Of a DNA stretch of 64,000 bases, positions 37,714-50,903 are shown piece by piece. The position numbers were made by a program, and so were the translations under genes. The notes under the pieces are model-generated. The model had not been told where the DNA came from, searched no databases, and saw nothing but the letters and a program-made list of their open reading frames with translations. The stretch is from Lytechinus pictus (taxonomy: Eukaryota). Position 1 is the first letter of the stretch. Each line of letters starts with the position of its first letter. The DNA lies in the NCBI RefSeq assembly GCF_037042905.1, contig NC_087250.1, forward strand, positions 21,268,001 through 21,332,000, given 5' to 3'.

Positions 37714-40700
37714 ATTTTCCATGCAGGTCAGTCTGTTTCCCATCAGAATCACTATATACATGCCACAATTAAGTTATCGACCTATTTACTTAAATTCCCT
37801 GACGTTATTGACATGGTTGATTGACCTCTAGCCCCTACATATATTTTTCATGGCCATTATTTATCCTTATTTCAGAGTGAAATTATTAAACATCCAAGTT
37901 TTCATTACACATATTTACCTTTCTTTCTATTATTCACATATAAAATGTGAATATAATGGATTAATTTCTTTTTGGGGGAATCATGCATGGATATATAAAT
38001 ATTTACTATCTTTTGACCTTTGACTTTGGATATCAAAGGTGAAGGATTATTCTTTATGATTATTTTGTGCCTTTTTATCTTCTTGCAAAAATTGTTTTTT
38101 GACACCAAAATCACCAACATGCAGTGTTTTATCTAGGAGATACCATTAAACGATATATATAGCCTATGTAAAAAAGCCAATGACCTTTGACCTTGAACTT
38201 TATTGATTATTATGCATTCTGGGTACTTAATCTAATTTCATTTGATCTTCCTGTATACCTCTGCATTTTGACACCAAGATCACCAAACTGCGTCTTTTCA
38301 TCTCAGAGATACCGTATATGGTAAATAAGGCGAAAAAGGTAATTGACCTTTGAAAGGCTTTAACCTTGAATTTCATTGGTGAATGATCATTGTACGTACT
38401 TGATTTTATTTTATTTGATCTTCTTGTAAGAATATGTACATTTTGACAACAAGATCACCAACCTGTGCCTTTTCATCTCAGATATACCATTATACGTATA
38501 TGTTATATAATGTGAAAAGGGTCATTGACATTTGAAAGGTTTTGACCTTGAATTTAATGGGTGAATGAGCATTGTAGGTACTTGCTTTTATTTTATTTGA
38601 TCTTCTTGTAAGAATCTGTGCATTTTGACACCATGATCACCAACCTGTAATATTTTATCTGGGAGATACCATGATACAGAATATTTAAAAAGGTCATTGA
38701 CCTTTAACCTTGAAAAAAACTTTCCCCAACCCGTATTCCTCCTAACTTTTTTGGTAAATGTTGACACCAATATCTTCTCAAATCAGTCAAAAAAACATTT
38801 CCAATAATTTTATTCCAGATGGTTACTAATTACGGGATACTCAAAATGCAGGGCTCAAACACAACGGTTTGACAGAGCAAATTACCGCTTCTTTCCTATA
38901 ACATCTCTTCCTCAGACGTGGTGTCAAACTAACTTGTTTCTTTTTGATAAATTTATATATTTGGCATTTGATTTGCACTTTTTAGATTTATTAGGAAGAA
39001 AAATTGTACATGTAGGCTACTGTACACCTTGGGGTTCTCACTTGCATAAAAATGACAAAAAAATCGCAAACGCCCTGATCAAGTAAACGCTCAAGCTGCT
39101 CTGACGGAGCTTGAAAAAAAAACGCACGAGCGAAATGTTCCCTTTATGCATAAAATTTTTAGCAATGACTTAATCGTGAAGCAAATGCTAGCAGGCAGTT
39201 AGTCATTGCTTGAGCTTACTAGCAAAAGCATTTGCTTGCTCATTTTTATACATACAGAATCAAGCAAAAGCCTAGCAAAAGCAATTGCTACTTTATATGC
39301 ATCTGACCCATTGTCCCCTTGTGTAAATAGTCTTTTATGAACAAAATAATAGTATTGATTGATTGCAGTTACATTGTTGCATTCTCTGTTTCTCGCAGTG
39401 GGTTCACGTAGTAACCACCTAAACTGGGTATGATTTGTTTTTAGACAAACTAAACGGAATTATTAAAGGGAACTCAATTTAAGAACGGGGGGGGGGGGAC
39501 TAAAGATAGGCTCATATAAACGATCAAAATTACAATTTCATTTTGTTTTCATTGTCAGACGAAAGCTTACAAATCATATTCTTTTTTTCTTATCTCATTT
39601 ATGCTGTATATATATATAAAGTGTAGGTAATGTTTTATATAAATGACTTCAGCACTTTGATCTGATCAATCAAGTGTATATATTTTTTTTAATTTAACCT
39701 CAGCTGACTGCATACTTATGTGAACCAAATCGATAGTTTAGTAAAACAATATTTCGAAATGTAATAAACTTTATATTGTCTATACGATCCTATTTGAGGA
39801 AAGGCTGAATATTCTAATGAAATTAATTTCAGACATAATTATGATAGAATATTTAAACAGAATGGGGGGCATAAGTTATATGATAGCAACTACAATTTTG
39901 CACACGAAGTGCAAATCTGACGACCCAGCCGTGGTGGCGAAAACTTTCCACTAACACGATGTACAGCACAATTAGAATGAGTGATCTCGATATTTAAATT
40001 TGCATTACTTTCCCATTACTTGTCAAGCTTATTAAAGCTTTCGTTGATCTTATTTTGTTTCTGTTTTTTAAGAGCTAACTTGCTATAAGGGTTTCATTCA
40101 CCTTAAAAACCCACGTTTCCACTAAGGCCACGACAGCGCCAGGACAATGCGCGGAATGCAGCATTTGCAACCCACGTCCCTACCGCAACCTGTCCGGCTG
40201 TCCGGACATTCCAAGGGGTGTCTGCGCGCTGTCCTTAACCCTTCATAAGGTTCGGGACATCAACATTTGTCCGCATCCGAATTTAGTCGAGAGTAAAATC
40301 TGGACACGGAAAGTGAATTCCTGACACATTCGGGACCTTGTCCTGACGATGTCCCGATGATGTCCCACCCTTTCTAAACCCTTCCTCGTCTTCCGCAAAC
40401 CCTCCGAAACCAATCCCCAATCAGGACAGCTTCAGGAAGCAGAGCAGCCAAGGGTTCAGGAACTTTCAGGAACGTGCAGACTGGAATAAGAAGGCAAGCG
40501 GAGTGATTCGGGAACACGCGGACAGGAATGAGAAGTCAAGCGGAACGTATCAGGAATGTGTGGATCCAATGCTAATATGTATGGAACGGGTACACAAGCA
40601 ACAAAAGCCATTTTTGGTCAGTGCGCGAGAGTGGGGCAACGGGACATAATACAAGACAACAGCATCGCAAAACGTAGCGAAGAACAGGGTCAAGTTGCCT

Positions 40701-41177
40701 CATTAATATATCACTAAACAAACCAGAAACTGAATATTTCAAGCAGTGTTTTAAACAAATATCTCGCGTGCGCGAAGCGCGAGCTGATTTTTTCCTCTTG
40801 GGGGATAAGGGGGCTACAGACTTTAATGATGAACATTTCAAGGACCATCTAACTGGACAGAACATGCCAACGCGAAGCGCGTACTGGAATTTTATACTGA
40901 TCCGAAAAGTGGACATTTCAAATATTAATGCGCGCAGATTTTTTTGTTTACCGAAAAAAAGATGTTTCAAGCAACGTTTTAATTATGAAGTAGATTATTT
41001 CAATTCAGGAGATCGCACCTCAAGTAGGTTGCGTGAAACTCCGAGTTGCAATTAAATTTGATGAACCTCCAGTCAACCTTGTGAACTTATATTTATTTAT
41101 TATTCAAAGCTCTTCCTGTGAAGGACATCGAGCACTCTATACAAGGATAGCATTTTCGAAGAATATATGTATATATA

Positions 41178-42149
41178 TAGTGTGTATCAAAAACAAATTT
41201 ACACTTTGAAAAAGCCCTGGGAATTAAGAAATACACATAATGTGGGTAATTTTTTCACATATAATCTTGGGTTTGGGTCTCATCTATGCAATGAAAGTAA
41301 AAGTTTTGACAGAATGTTACACTTGAGTGAGCACTGTCCTTTTTTGTAAAGCTCGCAGAAATCTGTTTGCGCAGAAATGCTCGTTTTCACGCTGTGTCAA
41401 GGGGAAAGAGCGAAATCAAACTTACCGTACGAAACGTTTCTCATACACTTCCCTTGCACTTTTAGTCGATTGAAATAAAACGGATACATTCAAGCATTTT
41501 GTAACAATTTTGCCACCAAAATTGAAATTTCAACACTTAGTAAGCACAACCTATTACCCTTTTTGGGCCAGCTGGATCTGAGGACATAACTGAATCCGAA
41601 CAAAACGTTATATCAGACATCTCTAGCACTTTTTCAATAAGTTGTTATCATTTAAAGTGGGTTTACATTTCATTTTTCATTTAATACTTGTTTCTCCACA
41701 CTTTTTCCAAGCTTGACAATGATTAACAAAATGAAAATCAAGCCTAAGCTTGTAAATCAAATGTCAGTGTAAAGCAAATATCGTCACGATGGCTTCTGTG
41801 TTTGGAGGAGTGGGTTGGGGCGCAATGCACTCTTCGAAGTGTTTTGGGCAAGGAAACAAGTTAAAAAGGTAAAATATATCTTCAAATCAATTTTATTAGC
41901 TAAATTCCATGTGTTCTTCATGATTAAGGTCTACTTTTATTCGCATAACTATTTCAAAGTTCTACGCAAATAATTTTTCACTTACTTTTCAAAAGTAAGT
42001 GGTGCTCACTCAAGCGGAAATATTTTTCGACAGTTATATCGTCATTTACTTAAATGGATCTGTACCAGATGTAGACAAATCTTCAGGATAATTGAAATGT
42101 ATGATTTTACAGGATTTTTCTAAGTGTAAATTTTTTTTTATACGCACTG
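41178..42149. mobile_element. Tc1/mariner-like MITE in a (TA)n tract
   Basis: Imperfect TIRs TAGTGTGTATCAAAAACAAATTTACACTT / AAGTGTAAA(T)nATACGCACTG flanked by TA. Confidence 0.75.
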
Positions 42150-42740
42150 TATATATATATTCGCCATTGTCATCTTGCAGTCATGGCAACGCGTCTTTAG
42201 ATGCGTCTTTTACAGTGCGCTTCCTCCATCTTCAGCGCATTGATTTCTTTGAAAGGTGAGGTTCACAATCCGTATGCCCATAAACAGACGTGTTTTTCAC
42301 GACTGTTTCAGAAACGGATTTAGAATCTTCTTTTTTTTGTCACATCATGGGCACTGACGAAGAGTGTGACTTTACCTTTCATTTTTGAGAGCAGTGTTCT
42401 GTTTAAAATCTACGAATTCATTTAAACGGCATTTATTAAACCATTTATTTATATATTGTATATAGATATATATATATATATATATATATATTATGATGCG
42501 CAGATTAGGCCCTAATGTTTTATACATCGTTTCGGCTTCGTAATCATTAATGGGGGAGGAACAAACCTGGACGATTTTTTTTCATTTGTTAACAGTGCAT
42601 GTCAAGGCTAGGCGTTTCATCATAATAATTTCGTTATTTGCCTAACAATACTATTTACGAATTTGGTTGCATTGTACCTTGAGGGCTTTTTAAATGAAAT
42701 CAAAGGATGGATATTTTTCCTTCAATATTTCAGAAGCAAA

Positions 42741-42822
42741 ATGAAACTGCACCTATCTGACTTCTCTTTTTTTATAAAATTCCTTTCTGTCTGGCTGGTT
42801 CTTTTGATCCAAAGCTTTACAG
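42741..42822 (+). CDS. Possible signal-peptide exon (MKLHLSDFSFFIKFLSVWLVLLIQSFT), copy 1
   Basis: Acceptor-like TTTCAG 7 nt upstream, aaaATG, hydrophobic 27-aa peptide, phase-1 AG|GT; paralog at 51956-52038. Confidence 0.35.
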
Positions 42823-44071
42823 GTTTATCGATGAAAAGGAGAAAGAGTAAACATGAGAGAAGTGGAGAGACAAGGACAGATTTGGGGGCTGGAAAAACAC
42901 CTGGAGTACCGAGGGGAAAGCTTAGACGTTAATGTTGACACGAACGATTATGGTTACATATTTTGTCCTGATTTGTATGTCTTCTGTAGTATCATATTTA
43001 AGTATTTAAATGACATTAAGCATGCATACCCAGGTTCGGCACTGATTTTGTAACTAATGGAAATCAATAAAAATCGTGTTTTGCCAGTAAACCTATTTGA
43101 GTTTAATCGATGGTGTGGTTCGGATTCTATAAAAGTAGAGACCCTAGAACTTTACTGCTGCATCCAATATGATATTAAATATAAACACCTGGATGATCAT
43201 AACCTGGGAAGCAGGATTGGTGTTGGGTATTTTGTACACCACAAGCAGCACCCCTGAAAATATGGTTGGTATGCTAAAATGTAGAGATTTGACACTAATC
43301 TTCTTCATTCCTGGACAGAAAAAACTTTATTATCTAATTACATTATTTTTATTTTTCAAATCGCCCAGATATTTAACTATATTTTATTCATCACCTAATC
43401 ATTATCAAAAACATGCATACAATAATTAAAATATAGCATCATCATCATTATCGTAATTTCCACCATTATCCTTAGAGTAATCATTATTATCATCATCCTA
43501 ATCTTCATGATCATTATTGTCGTCTTAATCTTCGTCTTCGTCGTCGAATCGACCAATACCACCGTCATCTTTTCATCACTACGATATTTTCTCAATCAAT
43601 ACGCAGATGCTTTCTACAACGCACCAATTCGTTTGAAAATGCAAATCGAATCACTCCGACAGTATAGAGAAAAAAATACGCTCTATATAAGCTTATTTTC
43701 AAATGTTTACTTTCTAGAGACCAAATTATTGTTTTAGCTAATACAGAAAACTTTCCCTTTCGACACATTGCTGGTTTTATCTTTTCAGAAGAAGCCATGT
43801 AATGCAGTTCACTGTTGAAGAGTTTGGGTTGATTTCTTTGGCAGTTTGTCTGGTTTGAAAGAATGCTTTCATTGTGAAGGCTAGATCTATTCAGGTTAGA
43901 CATTTTCATCTTTCTAAAGATCATTTGAAAATTACATTGCGCCCTTTTCAATCCTGCTTGTATTATTTTCTCAAAGCATACCGTTCCGGTTAACATGATT
44001 AAAGTATATAGAAACACATGATACTACTACTACTACTATTACTACTGCTGCTGCTGCTCCTGCTAGTATTT

Positions 44072-44131
<60 letters not shown>

Positions 44132-45205
44132 TAACTACTATTACTATAACTACTAATATTGCTACTACTAATAATGATAATTATTAATAACAATAATAAT
44201 ACTAATAATATTAACTTTAAAATCAACATTATAAGCAAACAAAATTATAACAACATCAACGATTTTCATAATAATGATGTCGATGATGATAATGATGATG
44301 ATAACAAGAACAATAATACTAATAAAAATACCATGGAATGGGGAGTTGATTTGTTTATATTTTATTTTTATCGTAATGGGCTCACATGGTAACCACCTGA
44401 ACTCGATAAGGTTTGTTTTCAGACAAGCTAAACGGGATTATTAAAGGGGAATGAATATAAGGGAGAAAAAAAAACTGTAGATAGATTCATATAAACGATG
44501 AAAATTACAATTTCATTTTTTTACATTGCCAGACGAAAGCTTACCAATCATTATATTCTATTTCTTTGCACGTTTATGCTGTTATATATCTAAGTTTATA
44601 ATGTTTTATATAAATGACTATATATGATCTTCAGCACATTGATTTTTTCCTTTATAATAGTCATGGTTTGTCTTCAATCAAATGTATAATTTTTATTTAG
44701 CCCAGCTAAATGCATACTTATATGAAAACCAAATGAGACAGTTAAGTAAATAATATTTCGATATTTGATTATCTTTGCACTTTCTTCACAATCCATCTTG
44801 ACGAAAGTCTGAATATTCTAATGAAATTGATTAAAGTCATAATTATTATAGTATATTTAAACATAAAGGGGGTATGACTGCTGACGGCATCGCCGTACGC
44901 GGTTAATTGGTAGATTTTTCCCAATAAAGTCCACTCAGACCAGCGTTTATTAAGTCTGAAGTTGTCAAACCGATCGTTAAGCACGAGTCACATCGCTCTT
45001 ACCATAGTAGCAACTACAATTTTGCACACGAAGTGCACGTCTAACGTTCCCGTCGTGGTGGCGAAAACTCCCTACTCAGACGATGTACAATTATAATTAG
45101 TGATCTCGATATTCAAATGTGCATAACCTTCTCATTGTCAAGCTTACTAAAACTTTTTTTTAAATTTATTTTTTCCTCTATTTTTAAAGAGCTAACATGC
45201 TCTAA

Positions 45206-48200
45206 TAGTCCAGTCAATCTAGCCAGAATAGGGGGGTAACCCACCACTAATTGCAACACGAGATATTCCACTGAAATGCTTTCCAGGAAGGTCCCCTAAA
45301 CAACATACTAAAAGTCCCAAGAAATCCAAGCTTTGGAAATTTATGAAATGTGCATATTATGCAAATTAGCCATGAAAAATTAGAAAAAGAAGGGAAATAA
45401 TCCAAAGATTACAAATTAAATGTCCAAAACAATTTAATTTGAATGGAAATTCATGATAAATAACTAAATTCAATGCTTTTAATCAAAAGTGCAAACATTT
45501 CTACCTCATTTGCATATTATGCAAATAAGCATCCTTATATGGAAAATATGTCAAGATATTGTGATTTTTCTCATATAGACTACTAAAAAAAAAAATCATT
45601 ATTGTTGACATTAATATGCTAATATATCACTAAGCATGAGAATTCATCCCAATGCCTGCAAATTAATTTGCATATTATGCAAATTAGCCATTAAAAAAAT
45701 AGAAAATGAGGAAATTAATCCAAAGATGACAAATCAAATGTCCACAGCAATTAATTTTGAACAAAAGTTCATGATGAATAAATAAGTTCAATGTCTTTAT
45801 TAAAAAAAATCTAGCAAATCTGCCTCATTTGCATATTATGCAAAGAAGTATCCTTATATGGAAAATGTCAAGAAATTTTGATTTTTATCACATTGACTGC
45901 AGTGAAAACGTTTCAGTTTTTCAAATTAATATACTGCTATCACTAAGCATTCAAATGTATCCTTAGTATGATTTATATTCAAGGAAAAATACTGGAAATA
46001 TGTTCTTCGCTTCCTAAGCCGCGTTGTTAGTCTGACAAGATGATGGGATTGGCAAGAACAAAAGCACAAAATTTGAATTGGTGTGTAGTTTGTTAAAGTT
46101 GACAACCCTTTCTTATTATGGATGGGAACGACTTAGACTTTCTTGAAATCTCACCGTATAAGCATGATAAAGGGAGGCCAGGAAAAGCAAACTTATGGCA
46201 GGTAAGATCTGATGAGTAGTCTCATTAAGAAGTGTAGCAGAGATTTCGTCTGGCCTAGTAGCTTCATGCAGGTTGTTTTCTTTAACAATTTCTTCAGTAT
46301 GTTATCTGGCCATATCTGGGTCAGGGCTGGGTCCCAGGACTTGTAGATCAGCGTCATCATCATCATCATCATCATCAGTGGTGATTAAAGACTAAAAATC
46401 TTTGCCTTCCTTTAATAATGATATTCCAATGTAGTCATAGCTATTGATATTAAGGGCTCCCAACACATTAATTGTTACAGCCTGGATCATTGTCAATCCG
46501 GTCAACAAATTATGTATTATAGGCTTGTCTACAAAGTACAAACCCTCTAATGGTCCTCTTTAATGCATTGTAGCAATTCTGAGCTTTACCTTACTGATGC
46601 TTTTGGAGCTCTAAAATGTGCAAGCCTTTCTAGCCTTTCTCTAAAACTCTTGACATCTTCCGACACAACTTATGTCAATTTTCTCATTGAGGCAACTTGT
46701 GTCGGAAGAAGACATGGTTAACGGTGTGTTCTTGTTAGAGTCCTCTTGATTGGCATTCAGTCTCCTATGCTCGACTTGTCGGATTTCAGTACAGAGAGTC
46801 ATGAGAGTTGTATGATTGTCCAAAGTACATCTGCATGACACTATTAAAGTCAGCATTCCTCCAGATAATTTCTAAAAGGTTTATTCCTCTGGATAACCAC
46901 ACAGTATACCCATGAGTAACACATTGTGGCAAATAAATCCTGGAAGTGGTACACACTGTCTAATCAATGTTGGATGGTATTTGATGGTGATGTTCAGGGT
47001 GTTCCATTTTGTTGTGTCCTCTTGTTGGAAAGGCAATAATCTGGCTTATAACCTCCATCTGGTTTGTTCATTGTCTCACTGAGGAATTTCTGTTTACCAT
47101 CAATATCAGGAAATTAATATTATTATTTGCATACGACTTACTTAGAAACTATAGCTTTAATATATGGAGATGGTTGCCATAGGAGATTTATCAAAGAGGA
47201 AAGAAAAGAAAATGGATGCTTATTCATGAAGCAGCAACTGGATTCAGCAAGAACGTCTAATCACGATTCCTGTATCTGAGAAAGATGCCTATAATGCACT
47301 TTAAGCCTTCATCATGAATTTATGAATGGCCTTCATGTCGCTCGTATAGGCAAATGTCCATTGTTACTCTTATTAAGCATGCCCAGATATCTTGTGATCC
47401 AAGCAAGTACTCATATTCACCACCATGACAAGTGATGATGATGATGATAAAGATGATGATGATGATGGGTTCTTGTAAAGCGCCGGTATCCGCCTCAGCT
47501 GGGCGCTCATGGCGCTTGCTAAAAAATAGGAAATATCTCACAAATTTCAATGTCTTCAAACAGTGCTTAGGATCATCATTCAGTTCAAGTACTGTCCTAG
47601 TAATGCTACAATTGAGTTATTCTTGGGATAATGTTGGAGTGGGGAACAGAAGGTCTTCGGGTAAGACTCAAAAGTTGATTGGGTCTCTGCTCTCCTGAAA
47701 AATTGGGGAAGGCTATTCCACAGCTTTGATCCAGAAATGTAGAAGGCTCTGTCAGTGACTGTCACCCCAGGTTGTGTGGCTGAGAGATTCCCTCAGCAAT
47801 GCTTGATCTGCTGATCTGAGACTGTGTGTTGGTCTATGCTGAGATAAGAGCTCTGATATGTAGGGTGGAGATTTATCATTAAGCGCTTTAAATACAAGGA
47901 CCCCAAGTTTATAAGCTAAGTGGTGTGCTACAAGGACCAAATATTCGAAGCTAATGGGCTTTTATTTGTACGGGTGTGACATCTTGTGCTGATCACTTGG
48001 CAATCCAGGAACTTGCTAGCGTGGACTATATACTCGCAAGAAACGCAAAGTCTCTACAACGTCAAGAAGAGAGCAAGACTTGGATGGAAATAATGAAGCA
48101 TTCGAGCAGTGGGATCCATGTAGAATGGACTCATCATTGTACAATATGAGTGGAGTAACTGCTCGTGACATAAGTCAATATCAACCAAGCAAGAAGTGTA

Positions 48201-49280
48201 GGGAATGTCATCATGGTTAATATACATAATCTACCTGGAATTTTGGAGGAAAGTATCACGTATGTTTTCCTTGAATATTTATAATATGTCGGATGCTTAT
48301 TTGCATAATATGTAAATTACACTTCAGATATTAAGCTGATTATTAATGTATTTGCCATTCTTAGTGATCACATCATATTGATCTAGACTAAAATGTTTTC
48401 ATAACTGGTTTGGGGAGAAAAATCAAAATTACTGGATTTTTTTCCATATGAAGATGCTCATAAATATGCAAATGAGGTAGATTTATTTACGATTTTTATT
48501 TAAAAAATAAATAAATTTGTAAAACTTATCATGGGCTTCAGTTCAATTCGTATTGTTTTCTGCACTTGATTTCCAATATTTGGATTATTTTCATTATTTG
48601 TAATTAATTATGGCTAATTTGCATAAAATGCAAATTTTGTGATTTTCCTATATGCTTGTATATTTAAGGACTTTTAATATGGTGTTTAGGAAACCTTCCT
48701 GTAAGGTATTGCCATATTCCAATTTCAATAGATAATCTACTTGCAATTTTGAGGGATGTATCAACAGTGAGTTTTCTTGAATATCTATAACATGTTAGAT
48801 ACTTTTATTTGCATAATATGCAAATTACACTACATACACTAAGCTGAATACAAATGTATTCAACGTCCTTAGTGATAGCAGCATGTAAATTTCAACATCA
48901 ATGAAATTTCCAAGCAGTTAATGAGAGAAAAATCACAATACCTTGACATTTTTCCATATAAGGATGCTTATTTGCATATTATGCAAATGAGGTAGATTTT
49001 TTTGCACTTTTGACAAAAAACATTGAATACAGTTATTTATCATGAATTTTCGCTCAAATTGAATTGTTTTGGACACTTAATTTGTAATCTTTGGGCTATT
49101 TTCCTTATTTTTCTAACTTTATATGGCTAATTTGCATAATATGCAAATTTCATAAATTTCCACTGCTTGGATTTCTTGGGACTTTTAGTATGTTGTTTAG
49201 GGGACCTTCCTTGAAAGCATTGCAGTGGAATATCTCGTGTTGCAATTAGTGGTGGGTCAAACCCTATATTGACTGGACTA
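45206..49280. mobile_element. Academ-like DNA transposon remnant with long repetitive TIRs
   Basis: Termini TAGTCCAGTCAAT / ATTGACTGGACTA; 3-bp TSD TAA; ~750-bp inverted arms rich in TTTGCATATTATGCAAA; absent from the paralogous backbone near 40085. Confidence 0.7.
47440..48000 (-). mobile_element. 3' fragment of an L2-group LINE
   Basis: YKLGVLVFKALN..SPPYISELL...SLRS and DRAF..SGSKLWNSLP; (GAT)n tail near 47433-47467. Confidence 0.8.
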
Positions 49281-49443
49281 TAACAGTCTAATGGTTTCAT
49301 TCACCTTTAGCGCACTAGGGTTTTTTTTACTCATGTGGATTGCGGATGAATTGTTATTATTCTATTATCTTATTTAGATTATAAGCAACACGATTCACAA
49401 CATACCACTCAATTAAGAATTATAGTAGTTATTATTCCATCGC

Positions 49444-49510
49444 TATATATATATATTTGTGTGTGTGAGGGTGTGTGCGTGTGTGTGTATGTATATATAT
49501 ATACACACAC

Positions 49511-49599
<89 letters not shown>

Positions 49600-49621
49600 T
49601 GTGTGTGTGTGTGTGTGTGTG
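49444..49621. repeat. (TA)n/(TG)n compound microsatellite
   Basis: Direct reading. Confidence 0.95.
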
Positions 49622-49767
49622 AAGTTATACATGTACAACAGCTTTGGCAACTCTTTTTATTTTAAATATTGTAAAGAAATGAATGAAGAGAACAATGGTA
49701 GGTGTAGTATAAATCAAGGTTACCCAGAGCTATCTACCCTTTGGAAAAATTGGTGATGCCGAAAAAA

Positions 49768-49839
49768 TGTCTTTGCCGGGAATCGAACCCGGGCCCCCAG
49801 CTTTGAACGCCGGTGCCTTAACCACTAGACCACAGAGGT
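49768..49839 (-). pseudogene. tRNA-like copy (anticodon TCA) with damaged acceptor stem
   Basis: Same D, anticodon and T arms as the forward copies; acceptor ACCTCTG/CAAAGAC has 3 mismatches, two at the inversion junction. Confidence 0.75.
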
Positions 49840-50017
49840 ATGGTGTATGGTATACGTGTACTGTATAAAAGCAATAGCTTTGATCCAGCTGAGGCATGGC
49901 GGCTTGTCATTGTTCAAAACCCACCTTCACCCGACAAAGGAAATTATAATTGGTATAGTGTCGAAAATCTGTCTATCTGACGGTCAATCGGATCGGGGTC
50001 GCCCTAGCCACTAACCT

Positions 50018-50089
50018 GTCTCTGTGGTCTAGTGGTTAAGGCACCGGCGTTCAAAGCTGGGGGCCCGGGTTCGATTCCCGGCAGAGACA
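50018..50089 (+). tRNA. tRNA-like gene, anticodon TCA (opal-suppressor-type, not tRNA-Sec architecture)
   Basis: Acceptor GTCTCTG/CAGAGAC, D arm GTCT/AGGC, anticodon arm CCGGC-GTTCAAA-GCTGG, 4-nt variable loop, T arm CCGGG-TTCGATT-CCCGG, discriminator A, then T6 terminator. Confidence 0.7.
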
Positions 50090-50424
50090 TTTTTTCGGCA
50101 TCACCAATTTTTCCAAAGGGTAAATAGCTCTGGGGAACCTTGATTTAAGCTACGCCTACCATTGTTCTCTTCATTCATTTCTTTACAATATTTAGAATAA
50201 AAAGAGTTGCCAAAGCTGTTGTACATGTATAACTTCACACATTTGTATACTTTCTCCCATACGTGTACTGTATCAAAGCAATAGCTTTGATCCAGCTGAG
50301 GCATGGCGGCTTGTCATTGTTCAAAACCCACCTTCACCCGACAAAGGAAATTATAATTGGTATAGTGTCGAAAATCTGTCTATCTGACGGTCAATCGGAT
50401 CGGGGTCGCCCTAGCCACTAACCT

Positions 50425-50496
50425 GTCTCTGTGGTCTAGTGGTTAAGGCACCGGCGTTCAAAGCTGGGGGCCCGGGTTCGATTCCCGGCAGAGACA
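50425..50496 (+). tRNA. tRNA-like gene, anticodon TCA (identical to 50018-50089)
   Basis: Identical cloverleaf and T6 terminator. Confidence 0.7.
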
Positions 50497-50831
50497 TTTT
50501 TTCGGCATCACCAATTTTTCCAAAGGGTAAATAGCTCTGGGGAACCTTGATTTAAGCTACGCCTACCATTGTTCTCTTCATTCATTTCTTTACAATATTT
50601 AGAATAAAAAGAGTTGCCAAAGCTGTTGTACATGTATAACTTCACACATTTGTATACTTTCTCCCATACGTGTACTGTATCAAAGCAATAGCTTTGATCC
50701 AGCTGAGGCATGGCGGCTTGTCATTGTTCAAAACCCACCTTCACCCGACAAAGGAAATTATAATTGGTATTGTGTCGAAAATCTGTCTATCTGACGGTCA
50801 ATCAGATCGGGGTCGACCTAGCCACTAACAC

Positions 50832-50903
50832 GTCTCTGTGGTCTAGTGGTTAAGGCACCGGCGTTAAAAGCTGGGGGCTCGGGTTCGATTCCCGGCAGAG
50901 ACA
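50832..50903 (+). tRNA. tRNA-like gene variant, anticodon TAA
   Basis: Loop GTTAAAA; one C>T change in the T stem gives a U-G wobble; T6 terminator kept. Confidence 0.6.

Larger units (their letters stand above)
24862..38841. mobile_element. Foldback element with long TIRs built of ~180-bp tandem units
   Basis: Ends AGTATCCC.../...GGGATACT. 24862-25920 is the reverse complement of 26760-26900 plus 37800-38841; the right arm is split by the SINE/transposon stack. Superfamily unresolved. Confidence 0.75.
22654..39309. mobile_element. Outer TIR element (PIF/Harbinger-like family, GGGTCAGATGCATAAA termini) enclosing the second nest
   Basis: 22654-22750 and 23345-23530 are diverged reverse complements of 39190-39309 and 38930-39115. 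A short family member at 51118-51764 has a 3-bp TSD. Confidence 0.65.

Noticed and set aside
46200..48200. Academ transposase CDS
   Set aside because: Only faint, frameshifted motif-like traces (LPGF, QEE) on opposite strands; not enough to call a gene.
49752..49771. GGTGATGCCGAAAAAATGTC as a minimal hammerhead ribozyme core
   Set aside because: It deviates from CUGANGA at conserved positions, and no convincing stems I-III could be built by eye.
50018..50089. Calling the TCA tRNA a selenocysteine tRNA, or a tRNA-Glu(TTC)
   Set aside because: There is no long variable arm as in tRNA-Sec. Centring TTC in the loop destroys anticodon-stem pairing.
50101..50711. Repeated 67-aa ORF in the 407-bp unit
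   Set aside because: A by-product of the tandem repeat, with no recognisable domain.
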